A stretch of DNA of 13,173 nucleotides from an uncultured bacterium (lineage in GTDB: Bacteria; GCA-001730085). Positions 7,297 through 13,173 of the stretch are shown here, piece by piece (positions within the stretch are counted from its first letter, which is position 1; the number at the start of each line of letters is the position of its first letter). The notes beneath the pieces were generated by a model, which searched no databases, was not told the origin of the DNA, and saw only the letters and a program-made list of their open reading frames with translations. The stretch is from NCBI GenBank assembly GCA_964565945.1, contig CAZMGY010000037.1, forward strand, positions 1 through 13,173, written 5' to 3'. The translations under genes and the position numbers were made by a program.

Positions 7297-8731
7297 ATGA
7301 GGGATTTTTGTTGATAATTTAAGTATTAAGCGGTTTTATATTATTTTATTTGTTATTATTTTGCTAGGTTTCGGTTTGCGAATGATCAACATTGGCATGC
7401 CCATTTACGAAAGCGCGGGTATTCGCCAAGAGATGACGGCGTCGGTGGCGCGAAATTACTTTGAGCATGATTACCATTTTTTAAAACCAACGATTGATTT
7501 TCCAGGTCCACCCTACCAGTTGTACTTGGAAGTCCCGCTGTATCAAATATACCGTTGGTTTTGTTTACAAAATATGGGGGCAGGACGACACGTCCTTGGC
7601 GCGCATGATTAATATTCTTGGTAGGGGGATTGTTCTTATTGGCTATTTGTTTTCTTACAGGGCCTTATGGGGGCTACCATTTTGACATTCGCGCCTTTTA
7701 TGGTGACTTATACGAGGCCTGTTTAGCCCGATACTCTTATGAATTTTTTTAGTCTTGTAGCCCTTTTTGCGACCTATGGTTGGTAGGGAAAGGGACACAG
7801 AGGTTTTTACATTGCTTAATGGGTGTTTAGTGTAGCGATGGTTTGTTTGGCTAAACCTCAGGCGGCTTATATTGGTTTACCTATGTTTATGGTGTTTTGG
7901 CATAAATATCGGTGGCAGTTTTGGAATTTTTGGTTATTGGGGATTATTAGCGTGTTGCTGGCAACGATGTGGCTGAGGTATGCCCAGTGTTCAGTATGCT
8001 TTAGATCCCAAAGCTGGATGGGGCGCGATGAACCTTTTCCTTTATGTTCCAATTGGAAACTTCATTGTGGAGGAAGGCGTGGAACAACATGTTTCAGTAT
8101 TTGTGTTTGCGAGGGATGACGCCTTTGGTTTTCATTTTATTTGTTCGCTCTTTATATAAAGAACCAAAGTTGGATCGCTTTTGTTATTGGGGGCTTTACG
8201 CGATTGGCGTTTATATGATCACTTTTATTGCGCACATCGAAGGACATAAGTATTATTACGTTCCGATTGTGATGATGGTCGCTTTTTTTTTGCGGGTCAT
8301 CAGTTGGGAGAGTTGCATGTAGGATGCTCTAAAGGATGGACGAAAGGGTAGCTGGTGGGGTGCGGGGGTATTTACCCTTCAATGGTTCTTTCTTTAAGAT
8401 CGAATTATATCCTTAAAAGCGAGTATTCTCATGCGCTCGAAGTTGAAACAGCGATCAAGAGATTTACGCAGTATGATGACTTGATTGTGAGTTCACGCAG
8501 CCTCTATTATACACAGCGTTCTGGATGGGTTTTGTCCCTGGATCTTGGTTGTTTTTCTAACGAAATTATTGAAGAGCTCAAATCCTACGAAGATCAAGGT
8601 GTTAGGCATGTTCTGGTGTCGAATTGAAAAAAAAATTAGAGGCACATCCTTTGCTGATAGAGCACTTGAAGAATTTTTATCGCTTAGCTGAAGACAACGA
8701 GAAGTTTCAGATTTATGAAAAACGCATCTGA
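7297..8731 (+). pseudogene. GT-C fold glycosyltransferase (family 39/83, ArnT / PMT_2-like), heavily degraded
   Basis: ORF-track fragments 7361-7612, 7494-7685, 7823-8119, 8044-8322 and 8355-8627, plus unlisted pieces, read as one collinear membrane protein spread over all three frames. ATG 7297 (MRDFC*) shifts to KRFYIILFVIILLGFGLRMINIGMP..., then SVARNYFEHDYHFLKPTIDFPGPPYQLYLEVPLYQ, then shifts to TVGFVYKIWGQDDTSLARMINILGRGIVLIGYLF. These are the typical first TM, loop and PPL-Y-W region of ArnT/PMT_2 proteins. In-frame stops occur at 7724-7726 (TAG), 7784-7786 (TAG) and 7817-7819 (TAA). The C-terminal tail ...GVRHVLVSN*(A9 tract)LEAHPLLIEHLKNFYRLAEDNEKFQIYEKRI* ends at 8731. Confidence 0.75.
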
Positions 8732-8880
8732 GACCAAAATCGTGTTGAGGATCAAAAATGACACAAAGTTAGGTAAATACTGTACCAAGTGGAAACACCT
8801 AAATCGTTGGTTTATAAAAATGTTGAGCAAAAATTAGAAAAAAGTAAAGTTAATCATATCAAAACTTCTAATAATAACTC

Positions 8881-10029
8881 TTATTCTATTAGAGCTCCTG
8901 AAAAGCTTTTTTTAATAGGTGAAAATAAATAACTGAGTACGCTACGAGTCCCTGTAAGAATATCTATTGTGGCGCTCATACCTTGCTTTAAATTTGAGGG
9001 TTTAATTCGGGTCGTTTCAGATATTTCAGTCCAGTCGACTTTGATGTGAGCGCGATAATAAAGAGAAATTTGACCCATTGTTGATTGTTCAGAAAGAGTA
9101 TCTGGACTTAGGTAAGTTAATTCTCCGAAAAGAAAGCCGTAAATATTGCTATCCAGCGCATCGAAACGGATTCTTACTGATAAACCTGTGTGTAACTGAC
9201 CAATATCTCTAGGATCAATTTTTGCTTCTAAAATAAGAGCTTCTTCAATAGGCGAAATTTGAATGAACGCTTCTCCTGAACGTAATACGCCCCCTTGTGT
9301 TGTGATTGCAATATGTTTGATAATACCTTCCGTAGGAGAGGTGATTTTTGTATGACGCAAAATATTAATATGTTGTTTAAGACGATGTTGATATGCAGAA
9401 AGTTCTTTTTCTACTTGAATAATTTCGAATCTAGCTTCAAGTAAATACTTTTCGATAATTGCTTGCCATTTTGTTTCTAGTTCAATTTTATCACGTTGAA
9501 CCCTTATTAATTCAAGCTTAGAAATATCTCCGTTTTCATATAAATTAGTATGACTTTTGATCATATCGTCTATGATAATCAATGATTTACTGAGACCATT
9601 TAGCTCATTAGATCTAGCGGCTTTACGTTGTCGATAAAGCCCTTGTTGAGCAGCAACAAATTTAGGCCATTGTCTTTGGGTTTGAATATCGAATACAAGG
9701 GGCTTATTTTTAATCGCTGCATTAAGGCGAATTAAATCTAACTTAAGGCCTGTTACTCTTGTTCTTAATTCATTAACGACGGCTTCGGGACGTTCTTTTT
9801 CAAGAAGAGCTAATAGTTGACCTTTTTTAACCTCTTGCCCTTCTTTAACCAATAGATCTTTTAACACACCACCATCTGCGACTTGAATAACTTGGGTATG
9901 ATTACTAGGAATTATAATAGCGGTAGCTCTTACCGCTTGATCAATTTCAAAATATGCCGCCCAAATAATGAAAGTTGTCAACATTAACGCTAATAGCCAT
10001 ATATAACTAATCTTTTTAAACTTTATCAT
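8881..10029 (-). CDS. Type I secretion system membrane-fusion/periplasmic adaptor protein (HlyD family)
   Basis: 382-aa ORF with a single N-terminal TM (YIWLLALMLTTFIIWAAYF), then the FEIDQAVRATAIIIPSNHTQVIQVADGGVLKDLLVKEGQEVKKGQLLALL lipoyl/barrel segment. A long coiled-coil follows, then ITSPTEGII, and a C-terminal GMSATIDILTGTRSVLSYLFSPI motif typical of HlyD-family T1SS adaptors. Its start overlaps the ABC gene stop (ATGA). Confidence 0.9.
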   Translation of the reverse strand: MIKFKKISYIWLLALMLTTFIIWAAYFEIDQAVRATAIIIPSNHTQVIQVADGGVLKDLLVKEGQEVKKGQLLALLEKERPEAVVNELRTRVTGLKLDLIRLNAAIKNKPLVFDIQTQRQWPKFVAAQQGLYRQRKAARSNELNGLSKSLIIIDDMIKSHTNLYENGDISKLELIRVQRDKIELETKWQAIIEKYLLEARFEIIQVEKELSAYQHRLKQHINILRHTKITSPTEGIIKHIAITTQGGVLRSGEAFIQISPIEEALILEAKIDPRDIGQLHTGLSVRIRFDALDSNIYGFLFGELTYLSPDTLSEQSTMGQISLYYRAHIKVDWTEISETTRIKPSNLKQGMSATIDILTGTRSVLSYLFSPIKKSFSGALIE

Positions 10030-12119
10030 TTTGATTTATTCCGAAGTTCTGAAAGAATTTGATCGCGAGGACCATCCAACACAATATGTCCCGAGTTAAG
10101 GACTATAATACGATTGACTAAACTAAGAAGTTCAGGTTTGTGAGTGACCAGAACGAGTGTATCATTGATTCCTAAAATGCTTTTAAAGGCTTCATGGATT
10201 TTTAATGTCATGCTATGGTCAAGAGATGCGGTAGGTTCATCAAGTAGCCACATATGAGGGTTGCCTAAAAAGAGCCTTGTTAGGTTGACAAGTTGTTTTT
10301 GACCACAGGATAGCCCAGATCCTCCTTCAAAAATCTTTTGTTCAAGTCCCTCTGGATGAGTTTTAATAACAGTCTCGAATAGGTTTGTTTTTTGAGCAAT
10401 ACCAAGAATGGCAGAGTCGCCAGGATCAGTTAATCCCAGAAGAAGGTTGTCGCGTAATGTCCCCGAAAATAACCTTGTGTCTTGGGAGAGGTATCCGAGA
10501 GATTCGACAAGTCGTGGCTTAAAAATATGTGCAATATCAAACCCATCTAGTAAAAGACGTCCCTGTTGGGGCTTGTACATGCCAGATAAAACACGTAAAA
10601 GGGTCGTTTTCCCAGAACCTATTGTGCCCAAAAGGGCTATTTTTTCGCCATTTTTGATAGTCATTTGTGGTATATGAAGAACTTTGCGATTTCTAAAAAT
10701 ATACTGAATATTTTCGGCCTGATAATAACCTTGGATTGTATCTGGAATTATAGGAGAGTCTATTCCAGAGTGATCATTTTCTAGTTTCCAGATATCATTT
10801 AAACTTTGCAAAGCAGCTTTAACATTACCCCATTGAGTCAATTGAGTTCCTATTTGGCTAATGGGACCTAGAATTCGTCCTGATAGAATTGAACAAGCCA
10901 ACAGCCCTCCAAAACTTAATTTTCCACTATAAACATAGGTTGCGCCTAGAGCGACAATCCCAATATAGGACATTTGTTGAAGACTGCTAATTTTGTACTG
11001 GGCAGAGGATGTTATTTTTCTTGTTTTCGAATCACTAGATTGAAAATCTTGGCTGGACTGCAACCACTGTTTTAGCATTCGCCACCCAGCTTGACCCGAT
11101 TTAATAGTTTCAGCTCCCTCAATGGTTTCTACTAAAATTCCAGTTTTATGATTAACAGCTTCTTGCGTTTTTTGAGTTTGTTCTATAATGACCCTTTTGT
11201 GCCACAACCCAATGCAAATAGAAATAATTAAAAAAAGAAATGGAATGAGAGCTAACTTACCCCCGATTAGTAGAATGACTAAAAAGTAAATAAAAGAAAA
11301 CTGAATGTCTATTAAAAAGCTTGTGAATAATTGAGCAAAGAAAGAACGAACAACTTCATAACTACGTAATTTACTAGAAAGGCTTCCTACGCCTTGAGGT
11401 AGTTGGTCTAGACGGATAGAAAGAAATCTCAGATACACTGTTCTTGATAGTTGACTATCGACTTCATGGATTAATTTTTCGTACAACGAATTTCTTGTTA
11501 ACCTAGTTATGAGTTCAAAGATAACACCTATAAAAACGCCCGATGTTAGAACAAGTAAGGTTTGAAAAGCTCCGCTTGGAATAACTTTATTATAGACTTG
11601 CATGCTATAAAAAGAGATCAGGAGACCCAATAGTGCTATGAGGAGACCTCCTACAAATAGCTCAAGTAAAATGCTTTTTTGACGAAGAATTTCATTAATA
11701 ATAATTTGAGTGATTTGATTCTTGGAAACAGATGTAGGGGGGGTCAGATCAATATCAAAAAAGGTCCAAGATGAATCTAGGATAATCGCACTCTCGTACC
11801 ACTTTTGATTTTCTTGATCCCATAATTCAGAGAGCCACTGCCCTTGACCATTACGAGCAAGTAATATTTTCCAGTCTTTGCCATCGCTTATAAGCAGAGG
11901 AAGCTTGGATTCATCAGGGTGTGTTAAATATTGTTCTTTGGGGAGGCGTAATTGTTTTAAAAGAACAGTTATTTGTTTAGAGTGTTTACTTGACTTTTGT
12001 TCAGCTACAATCACAGCATCTTTTAAGGCGAGTTTGTCCATAGGTTTGTGCTGTAGACAGGCTAATCGCAACAAAGTAGAAAACAAAATTGACGAATGTT
12101 GTTCTATAGATGAATTCAT
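10026..12119 (-). CDS. Type I secretion system permease/ATPase (HlyB/LssB-like ABC exporter with degenerate N-terminal C39-like domain)
   Basis: 697-aa ORF with an N-terminal domain of about 130 aa, a six-helix ABC exporter TMD and a C-terminal NBD. The NBD carries Walker A GTIGSGKTT, Q-loop YLSQD, signature LSCGQKQ (variant of LSGGQ), Walker B MWLLDEPTASLD and H-loop VTHK. It overlaps the neighbouring genes by ATGA at both ends. Confidence 0.9.
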   Translation of the reverse strand: MNSSIEQHSSILFSTLLRLACLQHKPMDKLALKDAVIVAEQKSSKHSKQITVLLKQLRLPKEQYLTHPDESKLPLLISDGKDWKILLARNGQGQWLSELWDQENQKWYESAIILDSSWTFFDIDLTPPTSVSKNQITQIIINEILRQKSILLELFVGGLLIALLGLLISFYSMQVYNKVIPSGAFQTLLVLTSGVFIGVIFELITRLTRNSLYEKLIHEVDSQLSRTVYLRFLSIRLDQLPQGVGSLSSKLRSYEVVRSFFAQLFTSFLIDIQFSFIYFLVILLIGGKLALIPFLFLIISICIGLWHKRVIIEQTQKTQEAVNHKTGILVETIEGAETIKSGQAGWRMLKQWLQSSQDFQSSDSKTRKITSSAQYKISSLQQMSYIGIVALGATYVYSGKLSFGGLLACSILSGRILGPISQIGTQLTQWGNVKAALQSLNDIWKLENDHSGIDSPIIPDTIQGYYQAENIQYIFRNRKVLHIPQMTIKNGEKIALLGTIGSGKTTLLRVLSGMYKPQQGRLLLDGFDIAHIFKPRLVESLGYLSQDTRLFSGTLRDNLLLGLTDPGDSAILGIAQKTNLFETVIKTHPEGLEQKIFEGGSGLSCGQKQLVNLTRLFLGNPHMWLLDEPTASLDHSMTLKIHEAFKSILGINDTLVLVTHKPELLSLVNRIIVLNSGHIVLDGPRDQILSELRNKSK

Positions 12120-13173
12120 GGGGATTTTTTGTTTAAAAACACATTATTGATGCCGTTAACTTTGGTTAAGAGTATCCATTGATACGTATACAATGTGGCC
12201 TTTTCACTTGAAAGCTGTAAGCTATATTGCCTAAGTTCCGAAGCAGAGTCAAGTAGCTCTTTCCAGGTTTTTTTTCCTTCAAGATACTGTCTCTTACAAG
12301 ATTCGTTAAATTGTGTTGCCGAGTCTAATGCCTTTATCAAAGAGACAATTTTTTCGCTAGATTTTTGAAGTTGTAACAAAGTGGTATCCAAATCAGATTG
12401 TAAAAAAATAATCTGAGAATCAATTTCTGCATCTTTAGATTCATAAAGATAACCAGATCTTCTAATATTCGAGATGCTCGAAAGTCCAGGACCCCAGTTA
12501 GATTTGATTTCTAGAAAAGCTTGAGTTTCTTCTCCTAAAACGTCTGTTTTTCGATAGTCCATACGAGCAAAAACTTCTGGCTTTAGACCAGCTTTGTTGA
12601 TTTGATTTTGAAATTTGAGCTGATCTAGTTCAGCATAAAGACGTTTTAAAGAGGGGGCGGTTGATAAAATTTGTTCATATAAATTGGCTTTGGATAAATT
12701 GTTGATGAGAGCCTTATCGGGTTTATTATGTGAAAAAGATTTAATTTTTTGGCCAACAAGTGAGCTTAATAAAATGTGCAATAATTCAAGTTCTTTTTGG
12801 ATAAAGCCTATTTGAGAGGTGACTGAGTAACGTCGAGCTTCTAGTAAACGCAGATCTGCTTTTGTTGAAATTCCTGCTTTTATACGACGTTTAATTTTAT
12901 CTAAAAGGACATCATGAGTACTCAAATACTCTTGGTGGATGCTTAATAGTTTTTCATTACGATAAATATTTCCAGTGAGGGTGATGATTTCCAAAGTAAG
13001 GGTTTGACGAACCTCTTCCAAGCTCCCGAGATTCGCTTCTAAAGCAGCTTTTGAGCTATTTAAGCCTGATGTTAATTTCCCAAAAGTCCACAAGGGCTGT
13101 TTTAGACTTAGTTTGAGTTCTTCTTTATTTCTCTCGAATACAGAGACAGTATCTGTTTTTTGATAAGAAAAGG
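12116..13173 (-). CDS. TolC-family outer-membrane protein of the T1SS (partial; N-terminus beyond the right edge)
   Basis: The track starts this ORF at a TTG (13093). Manual translation shows the frame stays open to the window end (...FSYQKTDTVSVFERNKEELKLSLKQPLWTFGKLTSG...). Long alpha-helical repeats have TolC-style features (QPLW.FGK....... A.LEA......, LRLLEARRY, GLKPEVFARMDY). The stop overlaps the ABC start (ATGA). Confidence 0.8.
   Translation of the reverse strand, partial: FSYQKTDTVSVFERNKEELKLSLKQPLWTFGKLTSGLNSSKAALEANLGSLEEVRQTLTLEIITLTGNIYRNEKLLSIHQEYLSTHDVLLDKIKRRIKAGISTKADLRLLEARRYSVTSQIGFIQKELELLHILLSSLVGQKIKSFSHNKPDKALINNLSKANLYEQILSTAPSLKRLYAELDQLKFQNQINKAGLKPEVFARMDYRKTDVLGEETQAFLEIKSNWGPGLSSISNIRRSGYLYESKDAEIDSQIIFLQSDLDTTLLQLQKSSEKIVSLIKALDSATQFNESCKRQYLEGKKTWKELLDSASELRQYSLQLSSEKATLYTYQWILLTKVNGINNVFLNKKSP

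Noticed and set aside
7361-8627. Five track ORFs (83, 63, 98, 92 and 90 aa) as independent small membrane proteins
   Set aside because: They are collinear pieces of one GT-C glycosyltransferase when read across frames. They were merged into a single pseudogene call.
10408-12150. Plus-strand ORFs 10408-10677 and 11878-12150
   Set aside because: They are antisense to the T1SS ABC gene, whose NBD and TMD motifs are unambiguous. They are shadow ORFs.
1-13173. Search for CRISPR arrays, tRNA/rRNA genes, long direct repeats and strong rho-independent terminators
   Set aside because: I saw no spaced direct repeats, no tRNA-like T-arm or acceptor patterns in intergenic DNA, no rRNA-like segments, and no GC-rich stem plus T-tract after any gene end (4785-4800, 6885-6900, 8732-8880). 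The check was visual only. tRNAscan, Infernal and a repeat finder should confirm it.

Overview
This 13.2-kb bacterial window falls into three blocks.

(1) 1-4.8 kb: the start of a TolC-like gene reads out of the left edge on the minus strand. A gap of about 490 bp with no convincing coding sequence follows. Then comes a tightly packed plus-strand housekeeping operon: coaE, rho, a metal (Zn/Mn-type, ABC-3) transporter ATPase, its permease, and a secreted SNase-family nuclease. Junctions overlap or are 10 nt or shorter.

(2) 4.8-8.75 kb: a zone of gene decay.
- a 36-codon remnant resembling an IS1595-type transposase N-terminus
- a formyltransferase-family gene broken exactly at a 19-nt perfect palindrome
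- an intact NodB-type polysaccharide deacetylase
- a frameshifted, 3'-truncated SlyD-like FKBP isomerase on the minus strand
- a GT-C (family 39/83, ArnT/PMT-like) glycosyltransferase reduced to several frame segments with three in-frame stops

(3) 8.9-13.2 kb: an intact, visibly AT-richer type I secretion operon on the minus strand. It encodes a TolC-like outer-membrane protein (cut by the right edge), a HlyB/LssB-like ABC exporter with a degenerate C39-like N-domain, and a HlyD-family adaptor. The genes are joined by ATGA overlaps, and no substrate gene lies in the window.

I saw no rRNA, tRNA or CRISPR array by eye. The content (coaE-rho synteny, long Rho, small overlaps, pseudogenes) fits an obligate-intracellular, possibly Chlamydiae-like genome, but taxonomy cannot be established from this window alone. 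I see no clearly novel multi-gene system. The most interesting items are the orphan AT-rich T1SS island and the palindrome-disrupted gene.
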